From Octopus sinensis (Eukaryota), in NCBI RefSeq assembly GCF_006345805.1, contig NC_042998.1, forward strand, positions 46,438,001 to 46,502,000: a DNA stretch of 64,000 nt, given 5' to 3'. This document shows, one piece after another, positions 10,871 to 23,853 of this stretch (the stretch's first letter is position 1; each line of letters opens with the position of its first letter). Made by a program: the position numbers and the translations under genes. Below the pieces are notes generated by a model that saw only the letters and a list, made by a program, of their open reading frames with translations, was not told where the DNA came from and made no database searches.

Positions 10871-12877
10871 ATGTTTCTGTGGAAGACCTATTTCTATTTC
10901 TTTACCACCCACAAGGGGCTAAACACAGAGAGGACAAACAAACGGATTAAGTCGATTATATCTTACTTGAAAATCGAACAAAAAAACGCGTCTTATCTAA
11001 CGATTCTGCCAGCTCGCCGCCTTTGAATTCAGAATATTAAAAACAGATGTAACACAAGGTATTTTTCAGATGATCTAACGATTCTGTCAGGTCACTATCT
11101 TGTTCTCATATCTTTAATAAAGTCATCTCTACTTCCGGTCGAAAATGCGTGGCTCTGTTAAGAATATGTAGTGGTGATTTGAAATCGAATCACTCGATAC
11201 GCGGTCAGACATCACGACCGAACCACAATAGTTTCACGTGTCTGGTTTATTAAGCAACATATCAGCGTCAACCTGTAAAAGACAGCTTCTGGTACTTAAG
11301 CTCTTCGAAGTGTTAAAAGCAGCTGAACGATATGCGTCTCCACTCTTGCCATCTGACGGTTCCCCTTTTTTACGCAGACGGCCAATGCAGACGGCCCCTA
11401 GGACGAACAATCAAGGACCTCCGTCGCCACGAAGATAGTGCAGTAGATTTCAGATGTTTTGGACTGACTGCTGTACAGATAACTTTCTGTAATCTCAGAG
11501 TAGTATCTCTCTCCTAGTCAGTAATTATTAATATCGTTATTTGTAAACGGCCAACGACAACCGCCTTTAAGCGCAATAATAAATATTTCAGTTAAACGAT
11601 CGCAGGTGTTGCCGAAGCCAGTTTTTTTCATGCAGCCAAGAAACACATTTTAATCACCAATGAAACCACGGTGCAGTAAACAACCAGCTGACACCTGATC
11701 CAACCGGTAGTTGGTGCAGGCCTGTCTGTCTGTCTGTCTGTCTCTAGACAAGCACCTAAAATCGTATGGTATATATTACATCGAACTATTCTCACCCGCC
11801 AGTAATGGCTAGCTGTATTGTACATTAACTAGTTCGGCAATATTTCTATTTCTTTTCTTTTCGGAAGCTGTTCAAAATGACGATAGCCTTGAAGAACTTC
11901 TAATCTCAGTTATCCCTTTATCGACTAGACTATCGGATGTTGTTATACACCGCTGGTCACAGTGCGCTTCCTTCCTCGCACTGTTGTAGCCTTCGAATGA
12001 TGTCATCCTGCTGAGACTAGGCGGGCAACCCATTCCCCTTGAGCGGAATGGCAATCTGTCGCAGGGTTACCCATTTACACCTGGACCAGAGCAGGGAGAA
12101 ATGAAGTGTTTTGCTCAAGAACACAACGAGCTGCCGGTTTGGGAATCGAAACCATGACCTTGCGATCGTACGTGCAATACCCTGAGCACCAGGTCACGCG
12201 CCTGCACAATTTCAGTTATATGTCAAATCAAAATCTTTCCTTTCAGCTTATAGAATTTCCACTTTGATAAACTGTACCCTCCTTTTTTCGTCATGACTAT
12301 CTTATAACTATAAAGAATTAGTTACTTTTATTGAAACTTATACATGGATGTGTTTCAACAGAACAGCATTCACACTGGCTTGAAATTTCTTCTGTAGCAA
12401 TACTGTTGTCTGTTATTGTTTGAGCATATATATACATAAAAGAAAAATCAGATTGCAACTTTAGAAGCAACAATCGGGTTCATATATATATATACCACAC
12501 CAAAACGCAGCCTCCCGGCAAATACACTTATATGTATATATATAATACTTATTGCACAGTATATGGATTTACCTAATCCAGAGGTGCTTTAATAATTTCA
12601 TTGGCATAATATGCCTTTGGTTTAGAAGAGAAAATATATCATTGTGCAATGCTCATGCCTTTTTCGACTCAAGTAAAGAGATTCACACAGGCATCAAAAG
12701 TTGTTTATGAAGTTTGGACGCAGATGTCTTTAATCCTTACCACCGATTTACCATCAGTTCACTCCTCAAACTTACATTAATCTTTAAAAAAAACCAAAAC
12801 AATTCTTTAACCAATCCTCCGAAAGAAATAAATCTTCACATAAGCACTACTATCCGTTATCTATTAGCAAGTTACCT

Positions 12878-13129
12878 ATATATCTAATACTACCAGTGGC
12901 GGAAGTCAACTCGTGACGGAGTAACACCACTTCTTAAGCTCAGTAAGGCCATGCAAAGATTTCGAGAGCCCAAGCAGTTCCTGTGCGTGCATTTGTTTTG
13001 AGTGGATAAAGTGTCCCACAAAACTGAACTCACTTTTCGGCGTTATCAGCAATAACATGCTTTGCATAGCCTTACTGAGCTAAAGAAGTGGTGTTACTCC
13101 GTCACGACCACTAGTAGTATTAGATATAT
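12878..13129. mobile_element. Foldback MITE
   Basis: atatatctaatactacYagtgg..tcgtgacggagtaacaccacttct.agctcagtaaggc.atgcaaag at 12878-12960 and in reverse complement at ~13058-13129. Confidence 0.75.
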
Positions 13130-14739
13130 TGATAAGTTTATAGCAAAGGTGATGTAAAATAGTCGCTGTTATTTAGTTGTGTAAATTTTAGACACGATCA
13201 TACGGAAAATTGTAAAATAAGTGAAGAAATATCCATATTTAGGCAACAAAGTAAACGTCATTTGAATGTTTGCAAACTTGCTAATAGATAACGGATAGTA
13301 ATGTATATGTGAAGATTTCTTTCTTTCGAAGGATTGGTTAAAGAATTGTTTTTTTTTTAAGATTAATAGAAGCCATATTCCTCTCAAACCACACCTTACA
13401 TTTAAAAAATAGGACCAATTATTCTATAATGCAGTCTTGACTACATCATCTGAACATAACCAAGTATATGATGTGGTCATGGGTGGAATACTTTGAGGAT
13501 TTTTTGATTAGCGTGGATAAGTGGACGTAGATAAGTAAATACCAACTTTTCTTCTAACAAAAACGTTCAAAACAAAAGCTAGTTTCTGATTCAAGGGAAC
13601 TAACTTAAATATTTATCTAGAATTATCTCCCCTGCAACGGTATTCAAGGAAAGCGGGCTGACTGAAATAATTTTGCATATGAAAAGTATATGATTAATAA
13701 CCAGATGATTACAGTTTCAATTCTCCGTATAAACTCCACCAGTTTCAAAACAGTCGATCACTTGATTTTTCTTCTGTTCTGGATTTTAATCAAAAAGATC
13801 CTTTCATCATAATTTTTTGTAGATTGAATTACTTCCCTTGTGTGTATATTTCTGACATTTTAAGATAACGCTACACGCTAACAATAGTTTTGTTTACATT
13901 TTCGGTATTAAATACGTAGCCCTGACACGATAATTACAAATTATCAATTAATCGCTTTCTTTATTATTTCACTTAGGCAAAACTAGTCCTTTAGTATCGA
14001 ACGTATTTCACAAAATTAATGGTGAAGAAATTCCAGATTCTCCCTCACCAAACTTCCAATTTTTCAGCCACAGACATTAAATTCCTTCATGTGACAAGTG
14101 AACATTAATTAAAATATATTTCTTTACTGCCCACAAGGGGCTAAACATAGAGGGGACAAACAAGGACAGACAAAGGATTAAGTCGATTATATCGACCCCA
14201 GTGCGTAACTGGTACTTATTTAATCGACCCCAAAAGGATGAAAGGCAAAGTCGACCTCGGCGGAATTTGAACTCAGAACGTAACGACAGACGAAATACCA
14301 CTAAGCATTTCGCCCGGCGTGCTAACGTTTCTGCCAACTCGCCACCTTAACATTAATTAATATAGCAGTCATAAGTTAATTTGTTTATTCTTTCATTAAA
14401 GAAAATATATTATTCTACTTTCGAATATATTTCACAGAAGGTAAGATCAAAGTTGAGCTTGAAAAGCGAGCAAGAAGCTCACTTAGCAAACATGTGGTTC
14501 AGTGTTCAGTCACACTGTTCGCCGCCTTGGGCAAGTGTTTTCTACTATAGTCCCGGACCGACAAATGTCTTGTGAGCGAGTTAGGTAGACAGAAAAAAAC
14601 CCCCAACGTGGAAGGCTGTCGTACACCCCGCCTCCCACACAAAATAGAAGCAGTGCTAGTGTAACAAACATAATCGACCACATATACTCGACGCACAAGT
14701 CAAGTGTACTTGCTGGGAGGCTGCGATTAGGCGTGGTGG

Positions 14740-14766
<27 letters not shown>

Positions 14767-14770
<4 letters not shown>

Positions 14771-14918
14771 AGCACTATGACCCGGCAAATATAAAGATGT
14801 GCACGACCACCCTTGGACGATTTTGAATGACCATAGAAAGTGCGAGCCCTCTAACTGAAAAATTGTGGATTTGTATAAAGGACACACACGCAGACATTTT
14901 GCCGTTTATATATAGAGA
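14767..14918 (+). mobile_element. Short Helitron-like non-autonomous element
   Basis: 5' ACCAGCACTATGACCCGGC and 3' cagac..tttatatatagag resemble the 15828 and 29705 copies. Confidence 0.45.
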
Positions 14919-15275
14919 GTTAACAGATGCTTGCGTAGTATACTTAAAATTAGATGGCCCGAACACATAAGCAATATGGAGCTATGGCAAAGAACAAATG
15001 AAGTTTCGATTAGGGAGCAAATATTTAAGAAAAAGTGGAAGTGGATTGGTAGCACAATTAGAAAAGACACACCAAATATAGCGAAAAGTGCTTTACAGTG
15101 GAAACCGGATGGATATAGGAGAGGTAGGCCTAAGAACTCGTGGCGGAGATCAACACAAAAGGAACTAGAGAAAGGGGGACGTTCATGGCAGAGTATAAGT
15201 ACAGAAGCGAAAAATTATGCGACATGGAATTCAACTATAAGTGGCCTATACTCCGCGTTAGAGGGTTAAAGGTAT
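14919..15275 (+). mobile_element. RTE-clade LINE 3' remnant
   Basis: NRCLRSILKIRWPEHISNMELW..WKWIG..ALQWKPDG.RRGRPKNSWRR. Confidence 0.9.
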
Positions 15276-15469
15276 AATATAGATATTATCTATATACACT
15301 TTTGGGCGATCTTTCTGCTACTTGGATATAGATCTTATATTCGTCCTAAAAACTTTCCTGTCACACACTCACGCACACAACAACCACACACACACACACA
15401 CACACACACACGCATCCTCACACACGCACACACACACACACTCACACACACGCACACACACACGTTAGC

Positions 15470-16990
15470 TTACAATTTTATTTATATATTTGCGTGTCTA
15501 TGTGTGTAAAGTGGAAGTGGGAATGTAGAGTGAAATAGTCACTCACTACACAGAAAGTGAATTAGTTTCACTTTATTCGTTGCACACTGTGTGTGTGCGT
15601 TTGCGTGTGCTGTATCCCACACTAAGAGAAGCATTTGACTCATACACCCAATGTGAGTTTTCTCTAAATTTTGCTTAATTGGGGTTGAAATTTTAAAAAG
15701 TGGACCTGTCACGACCCGATGCATTCTACTCTTAAAAATGCTAGGTAATTGTAATTGAAGAAATCCTATATTGTAGATTTCTATAAGATACAAAGGGAGG
15801 CAGATAAAATCTGCCTTTTATAATAAGACTAGCAGTATCGCCCGGCGTTGCTCGGGTTGTAAGGGAAATAACTATATAAGCATTTTTAGAGAGTTTATCC
15901 AAAAAATAGGAAAAAAATGCATTAAAATTGAAAAAAAATTAAGGTAATTTTTTTTAAAATTCGTTGACACATCGTAGATATTTTTAGAGAGTTACTTCCC
16001 TTATATAAAAGCGAAAAAAATGCATTCAAATGGAAAAATATGATGGTAAATTTTTTTTAAATCGTAGACTCACCGTAGACGCGCGCTAATACCCAGAAGG
16101 GCTCGATATGAATCACGACTATAAGATACCCGCTTTTGTTAAACTGCACGGCAAAATGTGGGAGTAGTTACGAATCTAAATCGAAGGAGACAGACACACA
16201 ACTTCACTCTTATATAAGATGCTTATTTTTTTTCAGTCATAGAGTTAGATTTATGAAGGTCTTCAGTAGAAAATCCTTCGAATTCTGACTCGCTGCTTGA
16301 TATAATGAAATTCGTATCCATTTTTTGTCAGAATTACAAATTTTGAAAACACAATAGAACAAATTTCGGAAAAAATCTCCCATAATTCACGGAATTAAAA
16401 TTACACTTCGATTTTTGTACAAAACTGTATTTGATGTTTACGAAGTATAATACCGTGTTTTCACGAATGTACTAAAGAGATTTACTCTGATATTCTCATT
16501 TAAATATGAATAGGTAAATTCGGGGCGTTTTGGTAACGAAAGGGTTTATATAAGTGTCGTCGTCTGTTTATACATAACAACTGTTTTTTACTTTCAGTTT
16601 AGTCTTGCTCAAATCACTCTGTCGCTAATTTACTCTCTCCAAGAACATTTTCACTCACTGTTATCTGTTAGCTTCCCATACATTTTACTCATGTATCTAT
16701 CAGCGTGATAGACAGAACAACATATTACATTACTTTCATTTTATTCGTCGCACACTGTGTGTGTGCGTTTGCGTGTGTGTAAACCAGACTAGAAAAGCAT
16801 TGACCACCACACCAGAATGTGAGTTCTTAAATTTGCTTAATTGGAGTTTAAATTTTAAAAACTGGACCTGGCATGACGCGATGCATTGTAACTCTCAAAA
16901 ATGCTAGGTAAATTGTAATTGAAGAAATCCTATATTGTAGATTTGTATACTCCCAAAGGGAGGCAGATAAAATCTGCCTTTTATAATAAA
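15470..16990 (+). repeat. Two diverged ~270-350 bp direct copies (15470-15827, 16735-16990) ending in a hairpin
   Basis: Both end gggAGGCAGATAAAATCTGCCTtttataataa and share body sequence throughout. Confidence 0.8.
15828..16220 (+). mobile_element. Helitron-like non-autonomous element
   Basis: ACTAGCAGTATCGCCCGGCGTTGCTCGGG start; ends cagacacacaacttcactcttatataagat; no TIR or TSD. Confidence 0.6.
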
Positions 16991-17008
16991 TATATATATA
17001 TATATAAT

Positions 17009-17046
<38 letters not shown>

Positions 17047-18375
17047 ATATATATATATATATATATATATCCACCACGCCAAATCGCATCCTCCCGGCAA
17101 ATACACTTATATGTATATATATATATATAACACTTATATGTATATATATATATAATACTTATTGCACACTATATGGATTTACCTAATCCGGTGTTAATCA
17201 CAAAGAAAGCTCCTTTAGTGGACAAGCTACAAACCACGTAGTAAACTAATATGTAGGAATGTAATGTAGTCCTTTGCAGTTGAAATCGAGTAAATCCAAC
17301 CGGTGAAGATTATTTGATGCGGAGTTTATAGACTATAAAGAAATTTAAGAGATATGAGATGAATATGTTTGTTTTATCAGTTGATATCCATATGATGACG
17401 ATCGTTTCGCGGCACACATCATGAGAAAATAATTAATTTTGGTGTATAATAGATTATTGTACATGTCTGCTCTAGTGTGTATGTTATAAATTGCATAGCA
17501 CTAGTGTACATTTTACAAAACTAATGCAAGTATGGAAGGCTAGCCCATCAGCTCAATAGATTATCATGGTTACACCCATTTTTCAACTCCAGTATACACA
17601 TGCAAAAAAACATTATCTTCAAAATATTTATGTGTAGAAGACAATGATTAATAAAAGAAATTTTCTATACCAGGAAAGATATAAAAAAAAAAAACAGTGG
17701 GTAGTGGCGATGAAAATGAAGATTTTGTATAATAATCTTTTCTATTATAAACACAAGGTCTGAAATGTTTGGGGAAGGGGGAAGTCGAATACATCAATCT
17801 TAGTACTCAACTGCTACTTAATTTATCGACTACAAAAGGATGAAAGGCAAAGTCGACTTCGGCGGAATTTGAACTCAGAACGTAGCGGCAGACGAAATAC
17901 CGCTAAACATTTCGGCCAGCGTGCTAACGATTCTGCCAGCTCGCTGCCTTGAAAGCTATAATTATTCTTCTCTTCTCCAGGCACAGGGCCCGAAATTTTT
18001 GGAGAGGGACGGAGCAAGTCGATTAGATTGACTCCAGTACGCAATTGGTACTTAATTTATCGATCCCGAAGGATGAAAGGCAAAGTCGACCTCGGCAGAA
18101 TTTGAACTCAGAACGTAGTAAAGACAGATGAAATACCTATTTCTTTACTACCCACGGGGGTCTAAACATAGAGGGGACAAACAAAGACAGACAAAGGAAT
18201 TGAATCGACTGCATTGACCCCAGTGCGTAACTGGTACTTATTTAATCTACCCAGAAAGGATGAAAGGCGGAATTTGAACCCAGAACGTAACGACGGACAA
18301 CAATACTGCTAAGCATTTCGCCCTGCGTGCTACCGATTCTGCCTGCTCGCCGCCTTGAAGATTATGTATAATATG

Positions 18376-18444
<69 letters not shown>

Positions 18445-19007
18445 AGAGAGAGTCAGGTACGTTATCATTAATAACTTAGAAGTATCAATAATTGAGAGAA
18501 GGAGAGAGAGAGAGAGGAGAGAGAGACGGGGAGAAGGAGAGAAAAGAAAATGGAAGAGAAGTTTGCAGAAATTGTGTTTAATGTCATCCATAGATTAATA
18601 TTTTGAAGATGATCCTTTTGTATGTATGCGTATATATTAATGGTCGGCAGCAGTTACTCAATGGATATATCTATATATATATATATATATAAGAATGAAT
18701 GTTTTTATATATAATGAACGTGAAATACAGGAAGGGACGAACACGGAACACAGACAAATCATTCGAAGCCTTCAATCTTCAGTCAGACACCGAATCATCA
18801 TAGCAAATTTCGGCTGTTCAATTCTGATATTTGCTCCAACTCGGCCAGCCCCAAGAAAAAAAACTAAGCTGTAAGCATTAGATTTCTTGGTAGAAGACAG
18901 GAATGTGAACGCACAAGACGGATGTGAATACAAGAGACGAAAACGAAATTGAAAACAGTAATGAATAACAAAATATATATAACGGTGGTTGTCATACGAC
19001 TTTAGAC

Positions 19008-19106
<99 letters not shown>

Positions 19107-19480
19107 AAAGAAAGAGAGAGAAGTGAGCGATACATACGCACACGCACACGCATACATATTTACAGAAGAAATATGCGTAGTCTTACCTCGAGCAACTCTT
19201 CTACTACAAAATGTTCCGTTTCGAAATTATATTTTCCATCATGCTGTGAAAAGGACACATTCCCTCTATAACCAATCACATCGATGTTAGATATAAAGAC
19301 TTTTCAGAACACACACACACCACACACACAAAAAAAGGAAACAAAACAAGACAACAACAACAACAACAAAAACAGACCACTTTTATGCCCGACCGGATGA
19401 AAGCATTTTTGGAGGAATACTACCATGAAATTGTAGTTAATGTGAAATTATCATCTTTAGGACATGCAGACACAGTAACA

Positions 19481-19519
<39 letters not shown>

Positions 19520-19567
19520 TATTATATATATAATATATATATTATATATATATATATATAATATATA

Positions 19568-20133
19568 CAGGGTGGCCCAAAGTAGGTTTACAGTTATCAC
19601 GTAGGCACTTCAAATTTCTTTTAAAGCATTTTATTACATTTAAATTTCTATCTTACAATCATATTGTTTATGCACATCTTAAATAGACAGTGTTTAATCT
19701 CTCAGATGTTCAAAATAGCCTCCTTCAGCATTGCAACATTCTTCAAACTTCTTCAGAACACTCTGACACAGTGCGGTACAAATTCCGATCGCCATCAATT
19801 TCGGTGAATGCGTCAGAAATGTAATCTTTTAATTCATTTACTGTTTTGGGATTCTTCTCATAAACCTTGTTCTTTACAACATTCAAAAAAAAAAAAAAAG
19901 AAATCCATTGGTATCAGGTCTTGATTTAAATTGTTTGCCATGGCACTCACTTTACAGTAATTGTAAGAAAAAAAAACAGTTACAAATTGAAAAGGCAGCG
20001 TGACAAAATTGACTAATTTAGCATAGAATGATGGTTTCATAATACTTTTTTTTATAATTAAGATCTAAACTGTTAATATATGAATGCGAAAGAGATAGTT
20101 GAATATTTGTAAACCTGCTTTTGGGCCCCCCTG
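19568..20133 (-). mobile_element. Tc1/mariner-superfamily deletion derivative (rosa/maT-like)
   Basis: TIRs CAGGGTGGCCCAAAGTAGGTTTAC / GTAAACCTGCTTTTGGGCCCCCCTG; minus-strand DLIPMDFF resembles SPDLTP.DFFLWG. Confidence 0.7.
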
Positions 20134-20143
20134 CGTGTGTGAA

Positions 20144-20196
<53 letters not shown>

Positions 20197-20198
20197 TA

Positions 20199-20249
<51 letters not shown>

Positions 20250-20410
20250 ATGCGTGTGTCACGTTGAATCTCCCTGAGAACTACGTTAAGGGTATACGCG
20301 TCTGTGGAGTGCTCAGGCACTTGCACGTTAATTTCACGAGCAAGCTGTTCCGTTCATCGCATCAGCTGGGACTATCATCGTCGCAACCGACAGAGTGCTC
20401 CTGCCTGCGA

Positions 20411-20451
<41 letters not shown>

Positions 20452-20927
20452 CACACACAGTGTATTTATTGTACAGTGTTATTAGTCTTAGCGAGAAAGC
20501 TTTCACGGAGCTACTATAGGAATCACTTACCCAAGGTGCTGGGCAGTCGGATTGAAAGTAAGATTATATGGTTGCAAAGCGAACATCTTAAGAACACAAA
20601 TATGCCTACGCCAGTGGTCATAGGCTTACAATGTTCTTTTGTATTTTTTATATGTCAAATTCGAAACGCCAAAAGCAGTAATAGAGAAGTGTATGAACTT
20701 TGTATAAGCTTGTATGCAATACCTTGCATTGACACACGACAACAAACTGTTAAAGAACCACAGGCGTGATTGTGGTTGAGAAGTTTACTTCCCAACCATG
20801 TGGAACTAGGTTCATTCCCACAGCGCGGTATCATGGACGAGTGTCTTCTATTATAAACCCACGTCGATCAATGTCATGTGAGTGGTTGTGGTAGAACTAA
20901 GTCCATCATATATATATATATATGTAT

Positions 20928-21017
<90 letters not shown>

Positions 21018-21432
21018 GTGTGTGTGTGTGGATTTATCTAAAAGAAAACTGGATAGCTTCGTTGGGGAAAGCTTCGCTGTTTGGCGTTCAAAAATATGTG
21101 GTGGTGTGAAGACCTTCGTGCAAAACAGGCTAATACAAGTAAACATTGGTTTCAAATTTTGGCACGAGGCCAGCAAGTTCAGGGGAAGGGGTAAGTCGAT
21201 TACATCGACCGCAGTGTTCCACTGGTACTTATTTTATCGACCCCGAAAGGATGAAAAACAAAATGGACTTCGGCAGAATTTTAACTTCGAAATGCCGGCA
21301 AGCATTTTTTGCGGCGTGTTCACCGCCTTCAATACAGGAAAATATTGATTTCAAATTTTGGCACTGGTTCTTATTTTATCGACCTCGGAAGGATGAAAGG
21401 CAAAGTAGATCACGGCGGTGTATGAATTCATA

Positions 21433-21675
21433 AAGGCGGCGAGCTGGCAGAAACGTTAGCACGCCGGGCGAAATGCGTAGCTGTATTTCGTCTGGCGTTA
21501 CGTTCCGAGTTCAAATTCCGCCGAGGTCGACTTTGCCTTTCATCCTTTCGGGGTCGATAAATTAAGTACCAGTTACCCCTGCTCAGGGTATCGATATAAT
21601 CGACTTAATCCGTTTGTCTGTCCTTGTTTGTCCTTTCTGAGTTTAGCCCCTTGTGGGTAGTAAAGAAATAGGTAT
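21433..21675 (+). mobile_element. SINE family A, full-length exemplar
   Basis: ggcggcgagctggcagaa..gagttcaaattcc (B box)..ctttgcctttcatcc..gggtagtaaagaaataggtat. Other copies about 85-300(-), 3056-3260, 3450-3880 (two), 6280-6455, 10870-11030(-), 14100-14348(-), 17760-18357(-, three), 21140-21420(-), 27758-27870, 40370-40540, 40555-40750(-), 52900-53650 (several), 62320-62470. Confidence 0.9.
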
Positions 21676-22384
21676 ATGAATTCAGAACATATAGACATAT
21701 GAAATACCGCTATGCATTTTGCCTACCGCTTTAATACAGGAAAATATTAAGAAGAAAATTTGGAAAGAAAGACCAGACAGTAAGGGAATCTCATCTTGGT
21801 GGAACTTTTTTCCCCCACGCCGACGACAACATGAAATAGAAGCTAGAAACAAAAGTTATTTCCTGGAAAAAAACGATAGCAAAGACAGGTAGTTAGAATG
21901 GTTTCTGACTTAGACACAAGGCGAGCGATTTTAAGGAGTGTAGGTGTTAGTGAATACCAGCGTCCTCTATACTTGACTGGTACTTCATTTTATTGACCCG
22001 GATAGAACGAAAGACGAATTTGTCCTCGGCAGATTTTGAGCACCGAACGTAAACATCCTGAACAAATACCCCAAGGTATATATTTTTCTGACACATTGAT
22101 TGATTCTGCTAACTCATTGCAGGCCCGTCGCCAGACTTTGGTGCCTGGGGTGCTTCAAAAAATTCTGGGTGGGCCCGATAATTTGTATTGCAGGAAGATT
22201 TTTGTAAGCTGTATTTTTTAAACCTGAGAGTGTACCATTGAGTAGTGACGGGGCAGTGCCGTCCAGTGCACCCATTTAGTGCCGCGCATGGTTCGCTTCC
22301 GTAAGAGTAAGAAATAATGTTGAAAGAAAATCTAACACATCAGTTTAAGTATTATATTTTGGCAACGATAAAAATGTTTTATGT

Positions 22385-22700
22385 GGAGGTGCAATGGCCC
22401 AGTGGTTAGGGCAGCAGACTCACGGTCGGAGGATCGCGGTTTCGATTCCCAGACCGGGCGTTGTGTGTGTTTATTGAGCGAAAACACCTAAAGCTCCACT
22501 AGGCTCCGGCAGGGGGTGGTGGTGACTCCTGTTGTACTCTTTCGCCCCAATTTTCTCTCACTCTCTCTTCCTGTTTCTTGAGTAACGCTGCGATGGACTG
22601 GTGTCCTGTCCAGCTGGGGGGAACACATGCGCCACAAAAACCGGGAAACCGGGCTCATGAGCCTGGCTAGGCTTGAAAAGGGCGCATAAATAATAAATAA
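22385..22700 (+). mobile_element. SINE family C (tRNA-derived), full-length exemplar
   Basis: A box TGGCCCAGTGG and B box GTTTCGATTCC; 3' gatggactgg..gggaaaccggg. Other copies about 11990-12205(-), 24413-24660, 29052-29305, 37395-37706(-), 61093-61385. Confidence 0.9.
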
Positions 22701-23119
22701 AAAAATGTTTTATAATTTGTGCAGCCATAAACTACTGGATTACTTACAGTACACCAATTAGTGGTGTACGTATTCCGATATGTAGAAATGTTTTAAAATT
22801 GTAGACAGTAACTAACTACCTGTGACCTAGATAAATTTATGACAATCCTATAGTACTTCTAGTAATATCGCTAACATTTCGTTCCGTATTCAAAACTGTG
22901 CTAGCAAATTTAAGAATAGACGATAAAGATTAGGCTCATAACAGCTAATGGATCTATTTTGTGGTGTGTACACGCATACACACACTACACCTTATAATAT
23001 AATTATATATATATATAATATTATATACACATGAATATCATGTATACATGTATATTATATGCATACACATCCATATGTATGTATAAATATATATATATAT
23101 AATATATATATATACATAC

Positions 23120-23195
<76 letters not shown>

Positions 23196-23355
23196 TATAT
23201 TATAGTGTGTGTGTATATATATAATTTTGAAATTAAATCGGCAGTTTATATTTACTGCTGAGAAAACCGCGCGAGTGTGGTGGATTTTGAAAATTTATAG
23301 CATATAGACTCGAGGCATATTTATTATCGCCTCGTGAATATATGTTAGTCCTTGG

Positions 23356-23434
23356 CTTTTCTGCTGAAGAGGCAACGCCAGTGAATTTAATTTATTTACA
23401 AAAGATTGCCGAAACTATGCATAGTCCAGAAAGG
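23356..23434 (+). ncRNA. Canonical type I hammerhead ribozyme
   Basis: Stem I CUUUUCUG/CAGAAAGG (8 bp), CUGAAGA, stem II GGCAA/UUGCC with 30-nt loop, GAAA, palindromic CUAUGCAUAG stem III, GUC^ after 23426. Confidence 0.88.
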
Positions 23435-23732
23435 AGAGAGTAAACGTTTTTATTTCTCTTTCCTTTTCAGAATTACAACTATTAGTAGTTTGGAGTTTAG
23501 CTGCTCTTTCTAGTGAGTCGGATGTCCTATTATGGCCATCCCTTACATGTTTGAATGTATATTACATAGACTATTGACTATTCTTTCTTTCTCACTTGAC
23601 CGCTGGTTGCGGAGAATTTTTATAGATTTTTTGCTACCCTAAAATTTAATTATATAAATATATATATCTAATATATATATATATATAATATATATATATA
23701 TATTATATATATATATATATATATATTTATAT

Positions 23733-23778
<46 letters not shown>

Positions 23779-23809
23779 TATCTAATTTATATATATATAT
23801 AGATATATA

Positions 23810-23853
<44 letters not shown>

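Noticed and set aside
21740-21888. AG..GT-bounded 50-codon open frame (ENIKKKIW..SKDR)
   Set aside because: Acceptor lies in a duplicated SINE flank (also at 21330); A-rich; no recognisable homology
22385-22460. tRNA-like sequences here and at the other SINE heads
   Set aside because: They continue into SINE bodies and do not form complete cloverleaves
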